Assembly (NCBI GenBank): GCA_951406725.2
Contig: OX597824.1
Coordinates: 91,140,001 to 91,204,000 of the forward strand
Length of the DNA: 64,000 nt
Direction of reading: 5' to 3'
Source of the DNA: Octopus vulgaris
Lineage: Eukaryota
In this document: positions 12,980 to 26,501 of the stretch, piece after piece
How the letters are laid out: every line of letters starts with the position of its first letter
Position numbering within the stretch: position 1 is the stretch's first letter
Program-made: the position numbers and the translations under genes
The notes under the pieces: model-generated
What the model saw: the letters and a program-made list of their open reading frames with translations, nothing else
Databases searched by the model: none
Told to the model about the DNA's origin: nothing

Positions 12980-13117
12980 CTATCTATCTGTCTGTCTGTC
13001 TGTCTATCAGTCAATCACTGTCTATCGATAGATAGACAGACATATATATAGACAAACAGAAAGATAGATAGATAGACAGACAAATAGATAGATAGAAACA
13101 TAGGTATAGACAGACAG

Positions 13118-13234
<117 letters not shown>

Positions 13235-13323
13235 AAGAAAGATAGGTAGATAGATAGAAACATGGATATAGACAGACAGATAGACAAATAGATATAGATA
13301 GATAGAAAGATATATATATATAT

Positions 13324-13356
<33 letters not shown>

Positions 13357-13407
13357 CAGACTGAAGACTGACAGACAGACAGACATATAGATAGATAGCT
13401 AGCTAGC

Positions 13408-13461
<54 letters not shown>

Positions 13462-14026
13462 CGTCCAACTCATGCCAGCAGGCAACATGGACGTTAAATG
13501 ATATGTTTGTATGTATGTATGTATGTATGTATGTATGTATGTATGTATGTATGTATGCATGCATGTATGTATGTATGTATGTATGTATGTATGTATGTAT
13601 GTATGTATGTATGTATGTATGTATGTATGTATGTATGTATGTATGTATGTATGTATGTATGTATGTATGTATGTATGTTTGTATGTATGTACAGGTGTGT
13701 GTGTGTGTGTATGTACATAAACGTGTTTGTAGTTGTATGCTTTGATGTAATGTCATTCTACATAAAAAAACATTCTAACATGATCTTATGCGTGTGTGTG
13801 CGTGAGTATAAGTACGACTAAGTATGTGTATATATCTATATACATACACATATACATATACATATATAAATATATATGGTGGCATACCTGCATATGATGT
13901 CGTCTTGTAATTTTCCTCCAGTAGTCTCTTAAGTGCGCAAAATTCCAAGTTCTGTAGATTCGTCTTGCCGTCTGTACAAGACTCACGCATTCCAACACCG
14001 TTGATAGACAGACAGACAGATAGAGG

Positions 14027-14090
<64 letters not shown>

Positions 14091-14419
14091 GTGTGAAGTG
14101 TTCGCGCGTGGATCGTGTGTTGTTGTAATATAAGAAGAAAAAAAATGGTTTGATTTACACAGAATCAAGGTGTAATCTGTGGAAATGACACACACGCGCG
14201 CTCACTCACACAAAAAAAAATAATGATAAACAAATAAAATATCAGTCCGGGTAGTTGGCGAAATTCTCGGGTATTGCGAACGAACCTCCTCTGTCGAGCT
14301 CTCTACGAGAGACTGAATGAAATAAGATTAGGTTTTTGAAAACGGAGGTGAAGTACGTACTTAGAAGAGCCATTCGCCTCTCTGCCTTCTCCTCTCCCCT
14401 CTCTCCATCTGTCTGTGTT

Positions 14420-14885
14420 TCCTAAGCTCCTCTTACTCCCTTTCTCTCTCTGTCTTTCTACCCTCCCTTTCTCTCTCTTTCTATCTATATATCGTTGTAA
14501 GCTCCTCTTACTCCGTTTCTCTCTTTATCTGTCTACCCTCCCTCTCTCTCTCTTTCTATGTATATATCTGTATATCGTTGTAGGTTCCTCTTACTCCGTT
14601 TCTCTCTCTGTCTTTTTACCCTCCCTCTGTCTGTCTTTCTATGTATATATCTATATATCGTTGTAGGCTCCTCTTACTCCGTTTCTCTCTTTGTCTTTCT
14701 ACCCTCCCTCTCTCTCGCTCTCTCTCTCTCTATGTATATCTATATATATCGTTGTAAGCTCCAGTTACTCCGTCCCTCTCTGTCTTTCTAATCTCCCTCA
14801 CCCTGTCTTTCATTCTTTCTCTTGTTCGCTCTCGTTGTCAGCTCCTCTTACTCCCTCCCTGTCTCTGTCTTTCTAATCTCCCTTC
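14420..14885. repeat. Pyrimidine-rich minisatellite, ~6 units of ~75-90 bp
   Basis: GCTCCTCTTACTCC(G/C)TTTCTCTCT..TCT.TCTACCCTCCC recurs at about 14426, 14501, 14584, 14667, 14758 and 14841. Confidence 0.85.
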
Positions 14886-15139
14886 GTCTCTCTCTCTCTT
14901 TCTTTCTCTCCCTTTCTCTCACGTAATCTCATGTTTCTCCCTCCCTGTCCCCATCTCGTCTCCCCTCCTCTTTCGCTCTTACTCTTTTTATCTCTTCACT
15001 GATATCTCTTCCTTTTTCTCTCACAAATACCTTGTCCTTTCGTTATTGTCAAGGCAGCTTTTTACTCCACTCTCTCATATACATGTTCCTTTCACTCACT
15101 CACTCACTCTCTCTCTCTTTCGCTAACTCATTACTTTTG

Positions 15140-15170
<31 letters not shown>

Positions 15171-15426
15171 CATTTAACACATTTATACTCTCTCTCCCTC
15201 TCTCTTTCAATAACTAACTACTTTACTCTCTTTTTCTCTTACTACTTACCGATCACCACTCTTTCTTTCTCCCTTTCATCTTCTCCCCCCCTCTCTCTCT
15301 CTCTCTGTCCCTCCCTTAATCTTTCTGCCTACCTTTTCATTGCTATCATTTCTTCCTTTTCCTCATACTTTCTCTCTTTCGTTCTTTCTGTCTATCTGTC
15401 TATTTCTTTCTCCCTATTTTTCTATC

Positions 15427-15457
<31 letters not shown>

Positions 15458-15474
15458 CTATCTACCTGTCTCTC

Positions 15475-15509
<35 letters not shown>

Positions 15510-15724
15510 CCCAGACAATACTGCAAATGTTCTCTTTCACTTCTACCATTTTCTTCAGCACTAAACTTCTGTGGTTCCTTTTCTTACCTTTCAACACTCG
15601 TTCCAGTCTTTCATTTCTCTTCATTTCTCATTCACGAGACCAATTTATCTTTCTCGTTTTCTTCTCTCCCTGTTCCACCCTCTCTCACACACTCTATCTA
15701 TTTATCTATCTATCAATGTATCTA

Positions 15725-15760
<36 letters not shown>

Positions 15761-16153
15761 ACTTTCTCTGCTCTCTCTTACTCATTTTTTTCTTCTTTCT
15801 TTCTCTCCCTGTCTCTCCACTTCCTTCTTTCTTTCTTTCATTTTCTCTCACTCTTTCTTTCCGTTCCTCTCTTTACTTCCACGTCTTTCTTTCATTAATC
15901 ATTTCACTTCAGAAAAACTTTCGATCTCTACCTAACCCCCCACCTTTACCTCTCACACTTTCTCTTTATCTCTCACTCGTACATTCCTATACTCTCTCTC
16001 TCTCTCTCTTACTCTTACTATATCTCTTTCCCTCTCTCCTTAACATTATCATCCTCTCCGCTCCCTCTCTCTTCCTTACAGCCTGAGCTTCTCTCGCTTA
16101 TCCCCTCTCTGTCTCTCTCTTACTCTATCGCTAACTTAATACTAGAAACAGAG

Positions 16154-16155
16154 GT

Positions 16156-16251
<96 letters not shown>
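16154..16251. repeat. Pure (GTA)n microsatellite
   Basis: Direct reading. Confidence 0.95.
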
Positions 16252-16279
16252 AGGATTGTAAGTTGAAGAATCTCCCCTT

Positions 16280-16322
16280 CTGATTGGTCAGGAGTTTTAC
16301 GTCACATTCGTTCGTGACTCAT
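16280..16322. promoter_or_regulatory. Candidate cis-regulatory cluster: Y-box/CCAAT, CRE-like and AP-1 sites
   Basis: CTGATTGGTC at 16280-16289, TTACGTCA at 16297-16304 and TGACTCA at 16315-16321, in unique sequence between repeats. Confidence 0.35.
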
Positions 16323-16591
16323 AATTTATTAACGATCAGCTCGCAAGCACTCACACGCACAGATACACGCGCTTCGCATATCGGCAACAATCTCCCTCCC
16401 TTTCTCTTGCTTTCTCTCTTTCTCTCTCTCTCTCACTTCCTCCCTCTCTCTCTCACTCTCTCACTTTCTCATTCACATACACACATATGTATATATCTAT
16501 ATATCTATATATATATCTATATATCTATATACACAGAGAGCGAGAGATACACGCACGGTGTCGTGTATATGAATTCATACGTTTACATTCC

Positions 16592-16634
<43 letters not shown>

Positions 16635-16679
16635 ACACACAGACACACACACACACACACTCACACCTACATACACACA

Positions 16680-16726
<47 letters not shown>

Positions 16727-16829
16727 ACATACACACGCACGCACACACAAACACACATACTTACACACAAACACAGACACACACACTCACTCACACACAC
16801 ACACACACACGCACACACACACACACACT

Positions 16830-16902
<73 letters not shown>

Positions 16903-17160
16903 CGTTAACCATCTCAGCAGTTAAAAGTATGCTTCGCATACCTACAATATACGATATTTCGTCTCCTACATTCTCCCTCTCTCTCGTTTTCTTTTTCTCT
17001 TTCATACACACCACTCATAAGCATGTATATACATGTCTAGACATAGCCACGCACGCACATGCACGCACACATACGCATACACACGTACACACGCGCTCTC
17101 ACACTCACACACGCGTACACACAAGCACGTGCGTGTGTATATATATATATATATATATAC

Positions 17161-17571
17161 TCTTTTACTCTTTTACTTGTTTCAGTCATTAGACTGCGGC
17201 CATGCTGGAGCACCGCCTTTAGTCGAGCAAATCGACCCCGGGACTTATTCTTTTGTAAGCCCAGTACTTATTCTATCGGTGTCTCTTTTGCCGAACCGCT
17301 AAGTGACGGAGACGTAAACACACCAGCATCGGTTGTCAAGCAATGCTAGGGGGACAAACACAGACACACAAACATACATGCACACACACACACATATATA
17401 TATACATATATACGACAGGCTTCTTTCAGTTTCCGTCTACCAAATCCACTCACAAGGCATTGGTCGGCCCGGGGCTATAGTAGAAGACACTTGCCCAAGA
17501 TGCCACGCAGTGGGACTGAACCCGGAACCATGTGGTTGGTTAACAAGCTGCTTACCACACAGCCACTCCTG
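17161..17571 (-). mobile_element. SINE S1, near full length
   Basis: Homologous to 1608-2016. Confidence 0.9.
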
Positions 17572-17601
17572 TAATTGATAGAAATGGTAAGACAACAATA
17601 T

Positions 17602-18040
17602 AGGAGTGGCTGTGTAGTATGTAGCTTGCTTACCAGCCACATGATTCTGGGTTCAGTCCCACTGCGTGGCACCTTGGGCAAGTGTCTTCTACTATAGCGT
17701 AGGGCCGACCAAAGCCTTGTGAGTGAAACTGAAAGAAGACGGAAACTGAAAGAAGCCTGTCGTATATATGTATATGTATATATATGTGTGTGTGTGTGTG
17801 CTGTGTGTGTGTGTGTGCTTGTGTGTCTGTGTGCTTGTGTGTCTGTGTTTCTCCCCACCCCCAACATCGCTTGTCATCCGATGCTGGTGTGTTTACGTCC
17901 CCGTAACCAGGGGCTCGGCAAAAAGAGACCGATAGAATAATTGCTAGGCTTACAAAGAATAAGTCCTGGGGTCGATTTGCTCGACTAAAAAGGCGGTACT
18001 CCAGCATGGCCGCAGTCAAATGACTGAAACAAGTAAAAGA
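17602..18040 (+). mobile_element. SINE S1, near full length, head-to-head with the previous copy
   Basis: AGGAGTGGCTGTG...GACTGAAACAAGTAAAAGA. Confidence 0.9.
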
Positions 18041-18333
18041 ATATACATAAATATATGTATATATGAGATCGAGCAAAATTGCATGTGTCAAAGTGCCAAG
18101 CACTCAATGCAATAAAGATAGAGTTAATTTATTCTCGCGGTCTCGAATCAAGTCACTTGTCAGACAAGTACATCTCTGTGATACATATATTCTCTTACAG
18201 ATATAGAAAGAAAGATCGTTGATATGTTGTAGGTATTAGTTTCAAGAATGCTCAAACAGGTCGACTATCAGGCTTCAGATATAGGTTGTTATCTTAGCAC
18301 CTTGATAGCTCAACTATATATGAATGTACGTTA

Positions 18334-18570
18334 AGGCGGCGAGCTGGCAAAAAGGCGGCGAGCTGGCAGAATCGTTAGCACGCCGGGCGAAATGCTTTGC
18401 GGTATTTCGTCCGCCGCTGCGTTCTGAGTTCAAATTCCGGCGAGGTCGACTTTGCCTTTCATCCTTTCGGGGTCGATAAATTAAGTACCAGTTACGCACT
18501 GGGGTCGTTGTAATCGACTTAATTCGTTTGTCCCCTCTATGTTTAGCCCCTTGTGGGTAATAAGAAAACA
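18334..18570 (+). mobile_element. tRNA-derived SINE, family S2, with duplicated 5' end
   Basis: GGCGGCGAGCTGGCA occurs twice, followed by the B box GAGTTCAAATTCC and the central GTCGACTTTGCCTTTCATCCTTTCGGGGTCGATAAATTAAGTACCAG (resembles the Meta/MESC SINE domain, from recall). Confidence 0.85.
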
Positions 18571-18684
18571 AATATATATGAATGTACGTGCGAGCGCGTG
18601 TATGTATATCGTTTTTAACTATGGAACTCGAAGTAAATAAAGCTATAAATAATATAAATAATATTCATGTAAATATTGATTTCA

Positions 18685-18900
18685 TATTTTTGGCAGAAAG
18701 CCAATAATTTCGAGCGAGTGGATAAAATCGATTATATCAACCTCAGTGTTCAACTGCTACTTATTTTATTGACCCCGAAAAGATTAAGGGTGATGTCGAG
18801 CCCGTCAGTATTTGATCTCAGAACCTAGAGTTGGAAGAAATGCCACTAAACATTTTCCCCCAGCATGGTAACGATTCTGCCAGCCGTCCGCCCGCCACCT
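18685..18900 (-). mobile_element. Diverged SINE S2 copy
   Basis: TTTTATTGACCCCGAAAAGATTAAGGG...AACGATTCTGCCAGC..CCGCC. Confidence 0.75.
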
Positions 18901-18954
18901 TTATAGCACGTAAATATTGAGTTTAAAAAAAAACCCTTTTGGTCAGAAAAATCG

Positions 18955-19025
18955 AAGGTCGCCCGTGGCACTCGAACCCAGATCTTCTGTAAACATGGCA
19001 GACGCTTTACCACTGTACGGAGCTA
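18955..19025 (-). mobile_element. tRNA-like Pol III head (SINE head or tRNA pseudogene)
   Basis: Minus strand reads GCTCCGTACAGTGGTAAAGCGTCTGCCATGTTTACAGAAGATCTGGGTTCGAGTGCCACGGGC; A- and B-box-like, but no clean cloverleaf. Confidence 0.55.
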
Positions 19026-19447
19026 TCGTTCGAATTTATCCAATTTAGAAAATTTGTTCTTACTGGAGAGAATTCTACGTCATAAGAATTTCAAAGAAGT
19101 TTTAATCCAATATTTTCGTTTAATAGATTTATCTGCTTCAAGACGAACCCATAAAAACGAATAATTCACAGTTCACGTCTCTCGAAGACTCTAAAATTTT
19201 ATAACGTAAATTATGTGTGTATGTATGTATTTATGTATGTATGTATGTATGTATGTATGTATGTATGTATGTATGTATGTATATTATATATATATATACA
19301 CACATATATACATATGTTTGAATAGTTAGTGGAGTATTATGTATGTGTGTGTGTATGTATGTATGCATGCAAGAATGTATATGTATGCATATAAATACAT
19401 ACACACATACATACATACATACATACATACATACATACATACATACA

Positions 19448-19479
<32 letters not shown>

Positions 19480-19848
19480 ATCTTCCGTTTAAGGAAAGCC
19501 TTTCTACACTTGTTGCTAAATATTATTTAAGTTTTTATGAAAGCAATTCCCTCCTCACCACAGCTACCACTGCATTTTAAACAAAAGTTCAATAACCTAT
19601 TATGTAACTAACGTTGACTTTGCAATATCTTTATTCAACATGAATCGTATGAAACTAAATAACTGATAAACAAACTCATAACTGACTGACCGTTCCCTCA
19701 GCAGTAAATGTATTTTTAATATAATTATTTATTGTGTTGCGACAGAATTAACATGGGCGCAGTCCAATGAGTGAAACCAGTAAAAGAATCTCTCTCTCTC
19801 TCTCTGTCTTTCTTTCTGTCTTTCTATCTCTGTCCGTCTGTCTCTCTT

Positions 19849-19902
<54 letters not shown>

Positions 19903-20026
19903 CGCAACCACTTTAGTGACAGCTTAAGAACACAACTCAGGCTCAGTCCGGGATCCAAGAGCGCAACTTTCGAACAACTAGCCCACTCGCCTTTGCATAC
20001 ATACATACATACATATACACATACAT

Positions 20027-20130
<104 letters not shown>

Positions 20131-20897
20131 TCACTTAGGAAGTGGACAAATGGAAACGCCACTTTAAAATAATATAATTCAACTGTTTCATTCTATATAT
20201 TGTTGGCAATATAACAAACAAATTCAGTATTGTTTATATATAGTCCGCAATGGCAACCGCATGCTAGGACAGTATCCGTTGTCGCTGATGTAGAAAAACA
20301 TTGATTGAAAAATCAGTGATGTCTTCATTAAATCATTGAACAAAAGATTCGTTACGCGCAACAGAAGCAGTTTATAGGAGATATTCTTTTTTTCTTTTCC
20401 TCTACTCTAGGTACAAGGTCCGAAATTTTACATACATACATACATATATACATACATACATACATACATACATACATACATAACAATAAATTTTAATTAC
20501 ATGTTTTCAGTGCGTGTACATATTGGCAGAATGACCTACCTAAAGTATTCACACATATACAAGCAGGTATGCCTTTCTCTCTTCCTTTCTCTTATTCTTT
20601 TGCCTCTCATCCCCCCTCTCTCTTTTTTCTCTCTTAACCTGTATCCAAATCTTTTCCTCTCCCCTTCACAGTTCTCTGCCTGTCACACTCTCTCTCTCAC
20701 TCTTCTTCCTTTGCTAGTGTTGCCCCTACATGACCATCGTCCATTTTTCTTTCTTCCTTATTCCTTGTCCTTATTCTTTGTCTTCGTACTTCGTATTTTT
20801 TGTTGTTTAAGTTTTGTGGCGTTCTGTGCCCACATATGCATATGCATATACGTATACATGTAAGTATGTACGTATACGAATGTAGATATGCACATAC

Positions 20898-20931
<34 letters not shown>

Positions 20932-20949
20932 TGCTTGTATCTATATATA

Positions 20950-21176
20950 GATTATGCCTGTATGTACGTACGTACGTATATATGTATGCATGTATGTATG
21001 TATGTATGTATGTATGTATGCATGTATGTATGTATGTATGTATGTATACATGTATGTATGTATGTATGTATGTATGTATGTATGTATGTATGTATGTATG
21101 TATGTATGTGTGTGTATGTATGTATGTGTGTATGTGTGTATGTGTGTATGTATGTATGTATGTATGTATGTATGTA

Positions 21177-21207
<31 letters not shown>

Positions 21208-21595
21208 GTATGTATGTATGTATGTATGTGTGTATGTATGTATGTCTGTATGTATGTATGTATGTATGTACGTACGTACGTATATATGTATGCATGTATG
21301 TATGTGTGTATGTATGTATGTATGTATGTATGTATGTATGTATGTATGTATGTATGTATGTATGTATGTATGTATGTATGTATGTATGTATGTATGTATG
21401 TATGTATGTGTGTATGTATGTATGTCTGTATGTATGTATGTATGTATGTGTGTATGTATGTATGTGTGTATGTATGTATGTATGTATGTATGTATGTATG
21501 TCTGTATGTATGTATGTATGTATGTATGTATGTATGTATGTATGTATGTATGTATGTATGTATGTATGTATGTATACATGTATGTATGTATGCAC
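20950..21595. repeat. ~650 bp (TATG)n array
   Basis: Direct reading; source of the MYVC/HTYI ORFs. Confidence 0.95.
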
Positions 21596-21764
21596 ATGTT
21601 TGCCTTAAGAATTTCAAGCCCGAGTAAAAGAGTAATTAATACGTGGAGTAGAATTTGTTTATTTCTAGAAAGTCGATGATGATTCACTCCCTAACTACTC
21701 GGAGTGAATCATCAACTATACATACCTACACACACATACATACATACATACATACATACATACA

Positions 21765-21795
<31 letters not shown>

Positions 21796-22317
21796 TTGTG
21801 TATATGTATGTGTGTATGTATAAAGATATATAAACAAAGAGAGACCAACGGAGGGTTTCGTTGTTGGTCTCCATTTACCCGTACATAATTTTGTGTGAGA
21901 GCAACGAATATATTTATAGACTATTTCTAGAAGATCTTCGTTTCATTGTATCCTAGGTATGTGTAACCATATTTCGTTCAGCTGTCATCCTATGCCCGAT
22001 ATTTAAGCGTATATTGAGGGACATAGATTTCGAAATCTATGCACTGGCTCCGTTATTGACCGAGAATGGACCTGAGGAGTGTCATCACTCTCATTGTGTC
22101 CGAGATGAACGAAATGCTCGACGAAGAACATAAGACATGCACCAATGGTGCGTGGAATATAAAAAGAAATAGAATAGGAAGGTTGTAGCATGGGCGCATG
22201 ATTAAGAAGCTCGTTTTATGACCATGTGCTTCTGGTTCTGTCCCACTGGGCGCTACCTTACGCCAGTGTCTTCTACTATAGCCTCAGGTTATCATGTTGC
22301 CTTGTGAGAGCGGCTGA

Positions 22318-22490
22318 CTTTACGTTCTGAGTTCAAATTCTGCCGAGGTCGACTTTGCCTTTCATCCTTTCGGGGTCGATAAATTAAGTACCAATTGCGC
22401 ACTGGGGTCGATATAATCGACTTAATCCGTTTGTCTGTCCTTGTTTGTCCCCTCTGTGTGTGGCCCCTTGAGGGTAGTAAAGAAATAAGA
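22318..22490 (+). mobile_element. SINE S2, 5'-truncated, fused behind a decayed S1 head (22185-22310)
   Basis: Near-identical to 18420-18570. Confidence 0.85.
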
Positions 22491-22755
22491 AACAGAAAGG
22501 CGGCGAGCTGGAAGAATCATTAGCATACCGGGACAGCTGGCGGGGGTGATTACCTCCCCTTTGCAAATATAAGGACAGAGAAAATGTGTCAAAGCCGACA
22601 GGAGACATCGATGTTTCCTAGGGCTAGATGGCGGTGATGTAATTCCCTTACGGGACTGTCACATTGAGTTGACAGTATACGACCACTATATCGCTCCACC
22701 ACCACTTATGTCTCTCAGAGACATTTAGAAATTCAATATTTCTAATATATATATA

Positions 22756-23269
22756 TCTATATATATAAAACTGTAGTTGTGTGAGTGTCTGTCTCCTACG
22801 ATTTAGATTCCTAACTCCTCCCACATTTTGCGGTGCAGTTTAACCAAATTCGGGTATCTTATAGTCGTGATTCATATCGAGCCCGTCTGAGTATTAGCGC
22901 GTGTCTACGATGAGTCTACGATTTTAAAAATAATTTAACATCATTTTTTTATTCCATTTTAATGCATAATTTTTCGTGTGTCGATGGCGGCGGAGTTGGC
23001 GTCCATGGTCACACCTGCACCTGTTTGCTTCTCCCCCTTCTTTCCTCCCTCGTGACGCTGTGGGGAAGGGAGTTTAAGGAAATCAACGCCGTAAAGCGTT
23101 GTCAAGGAGACCAGCGTTCTTTTAGAACAACAACTTCATGGCTTGAAGACACCAAAACAGAAATGGCTAAGAAAGCTCGAATTGGCATCTATAAAGGAAG
23201 TAACTCTCTAAAAATGCTTATATAGTTATTTCCCTTACAAACCCGAGCAACGCCGGGCGATACTGCTAG
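22756..23269 (+). mobile_element. Non-autonomous Helitron
   Basis: Starts A|TC, has a subterminal hairpin CCCG-AGCAACGC-CGGG, ends CTAG|T with no target-site duplication (TSD); second copy at 53775. Confidence 0.85.
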
Positions 23270-23282
23270 TATATTATATATA

Positions 23283-23520
23283 TATACATGGATTAAAAAT
23301 AGTACCACCATTTCTAGAAATAAGGGTAAAAAGCGACTAAAAAAGCCACAAAAAGCACTAACTCAATAAGTTGACGGAAGTGAGGAAGCGAGAAAGCTTA
23401 TTGAATAAATGCTTTTTGTGTCATTTTGTGTCATTTTTGACTCTTGTTTCTAGCAATGCTGCTACTATTTTGAACCCTTGTCTCTAAATTTGCCTTTAGG
23501 TTTGAATTGCTAACGGCCAC
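23283..23520. mobile_element. Old imperfect palindromic element (PLE/MITE-like)
   Basis: AAAATAGTACCACCATTTCTAGAAATAAG...AAAAAGCA..CAATAAG versus CTTATTG..TGCTTTTT...CTTGTTTCTAGCAATGCTGCTACTATTTT. Confidence 0.55.
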
Positions 23521-23699
23521 CTATATTATATATACTTTATATATTGCTCGAAATGTGGTGTAGACAGACAGCCGACAACTGATGAAGGGTCCTTTCTCTG
23601 TGTTTATTTGTCCTTTCTCCATTTTTTCTCGTTGTTTACGTATTTCATGTTATTTGCACCATTGGTGACGTCCTGTATCCATATATCCATGCATGTATA

Positions 23700-23880
23700 T
23701 ATTCGAACCAGGGGCAGCTGATGAAGGGGAATTTTCCTTGTATTGTTTGTCCTGTACTCTGTTTTTCCGTTGTTAAAAAAAAGTCCGTTTCCTTGTTTGT
23801 TTTTATGTTTTCGTTTCTCGTTGTGTTCTACGTTTATTTGTGGTGTCCTGTACTCATATATGCCTGTATATATACATATA
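23700..23880 (+). mobile_element. Dispersed repeat family H2 (CAGCTGATGAAGG...), probably PLE-derived
   Basis: Highly similar to 51480-51660; related pieces at 1290-1400, 23560-23690, 39320-39430 and 55770. Confidence 0.7.
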
Positions 23881-23919
23881 AATGTAAGTATGCACATATA
23901 TGTAGGTATATATGCATAT

Positions 23920-23990
<71 letters not shown>

Positions 23991-24441
23991 ATTTGCGAGT
24001 GGAGATAGCTTTCGTCACTAGCTGGTGCTTGTCTCACACTGAAGTCGGATAACATTCAGAAACCTTAGTCTGTGAGTATCCACGTAAGTCTAGGGATGGG
24101 AGCGATGACCACCCTTACAAATGCTATATATACCGACACAAGTTGTGTGTCGTTAGCCAGCTGGAAATGATGTTTTCCTGGAGCTAAAACATCAGTAGCA
24201 TCGTCCTTTACAGGACTGCCACGTTGTGCTGGCATATAAGCATTACTATATATATATACAGCACACATGATCGGTAGATAAATGGTAGAAGTGTTCTCAA
24301 TATATCAAGTAGAATGTATTTTGTTTCTGAAATCGTCGATGACTAAGTTTGTTCTGGGAGTTTCCCGCCACAAGGCCATTGCGATTACGAAGACATATGA
24401 GTGATGAACGGAGTGATTCATCAGCCGTTCGTAACACGTGT

Positions 24442-24515
<74 letters not shown>

Positions 24516-24663
24516 TACGCGGCCTGGTGTCTGGAGCTTTAAACTAAAAAAGAGAAAAGTAGCGAAGTCACAAATCTTTGGCGGTGGGTAACGATAAAAA
24601 AGTTTTTACAAACTCAGACACGAAGACAGCGTGCCATTCACACCCGATCACCCGTACTCTCTC

Positions 24664-24698
<35 letters not shown>

Positions 24699-24968
24699 TC
24701 TCCATTATATCAGTGTGTATATACGTATATACAAGTCTAAGTCATTCGTCGCCACACCTGGTGACGACTTTATGAATGACGATGACGAGTCATTGAAACC
24801 CATACATCCGTGAAATGTTCATGTTAAACATAAACTTCATTCATATCGAGCCCTTTGTTACGTCTCCCTGGATGTCTCAGGCTTGTACGTCTGGGTACAT
24901 TATGCATATATCCTCTCTCTCTCTCTCTCATTCCCCCTCTCTCTCTTCCTTTCTAACTTAGACCTCTT

Positions 24969-25007
<39 letters not shown>

Positions 25008-25475
25008 CCAAAAACGATTTCTTACCGCAAGACAAAGACTGTTTACATCTACATTCATATTCATGTCTCCGTGGGTGCGATGTATATATAAATATTTATA
25101 TATGGATATTGACATAAATATGCGTACATACACACGTCACTATATCTATGTCTGTCTAATTTATATGTATATATATAAATGGTAGAAGAGTTCTCAATAT
25201 ATATATATACACACACATATTCATACATATACATACATATAAATGTAAATGTGTGTATATATATGTGTATGTGTGTGTATGTATATATATATATAGATAT
25301 ATAGATGCGTGCGTATATATATATATATATATAACATTAAATTTAGGGTAAAAATTGATATTTATCAATTAGAACCAGTGGTCTAGCATGAACATAGACT
25401 TTTTGTGGAGAATGGCGATTTGACGTCTATATCTAGCATGTTGACTATCCACTTTTTCGTGTTCAGTCCTTAATT

Positions 25476-25513
<38 letters not shown>

Positions 25514-26032
25514 TATGTATTTGCATATCTGTCTATCTGTCTGTCTGTCTGTATGTCTGTCTGTCTGTCTGTCTGTATGTATATATATCAAAAGGATGTG
25601 TTATAATACTATATATATATACACACACACATACTTATCTATACATAAATGCATGCGTATGTATGTATGTATGTATGTATGTATGTATGTATGTATGTAT
25701 GTATGTATGAATGTATGTGTGCATGTGCGTGTGTAACAGCCAGAGCTTGCACCGTGGGACATTACCTCCATCAGCTGTCGACTGGGTCAAATGTAGACAA
25801 CAAAGACTTCGTTTCCTACCGATATTTCCCTTTCACGAGCGTCGCACCCTCCAGCATTGATTGAAACTGTGAATGCCCAGATCTTTTTTGCCCATGCTGT
25901 AGCACGCCTTTACCCTGATTCTGAGACACATGCAACCAACTTATCAAACCGGAATTACCTGCAAAAACGCGCAACGAGTACTTTGTTTGAGATATGTTAC
26001 CGCCATATCATATCATATCATGTAATATCATG

Positions 26033-26123
<91 letters not shown>

Positions 26124-26158
26124 ATATGTATGTATGTATGTATGTATATATATGTGTA

Positions 26159-26501
26159 TATAAAATATTATTAGAGACAAAACCACTATTTTGCAAAACA
26201 AACAAGGAAAGACTTAATCAATACATAAAATTTTAATAAATAGTCAAAACAATTCATAATTTGAAACTGATATATTGGAAGTCCACCTGAAGATTGTCGA
26301 TCAAGACAAGAAATAATTGTAGTGGCGGTTTTTTTGACTATTTATTAAAATTTTATGTATTGATTAAGTCTTTCCTTGTTTGTTTTGCAAAATAGTGGTT
26401 TTGTCTCTAATAATATTTTATATTTTACTATAAAATTGGATTTAATCCTAAATCTGATTTTTTCCCTGTAAATTTGGATTTATTCCCTAATATTTATTAT
26501 T
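26159..26501 (+). mobile_element. PLE-type insertion: ~90 bp perfect inverted arms, hammerhead in the spacer, unique 3' tail
   Basis: Arms at 26159-26249 and 26332-26422; possible 14-bp TSD TATATGTGTATATA at 26149-26162 and 26502-26515. Confidence 0.75.
26283..26325 (+). ncRNA. Minimal type I hammerhead ribozyme motif
   Basis: Stem I CCAC/GTGG, core CTGAAGA, stem II TTGTC-gatcaa-GACAA, GAAA, near-palindromic stem III ATAATTGT, cleavage triplet GUA (predicted cut after 26321). Confidence 0.75.

Noticed and set aside
14420-14885. CRISPR-like repeat-spacer array
   Set aside because: Eukaryotic context, spacers similar to one another and no cas genes; an ordinary minisatellite.
20800-21687. Long MYVC/HTYI ORFs (also at 29948, 40911 and 46414)
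   Set aside because: Tetranucleotide microsatellites lack stop codons in all frames.
21840-22190. Possible transposase or exon remnant
   Set aside because: No recognisable motif in any frame; would need BLASTX.
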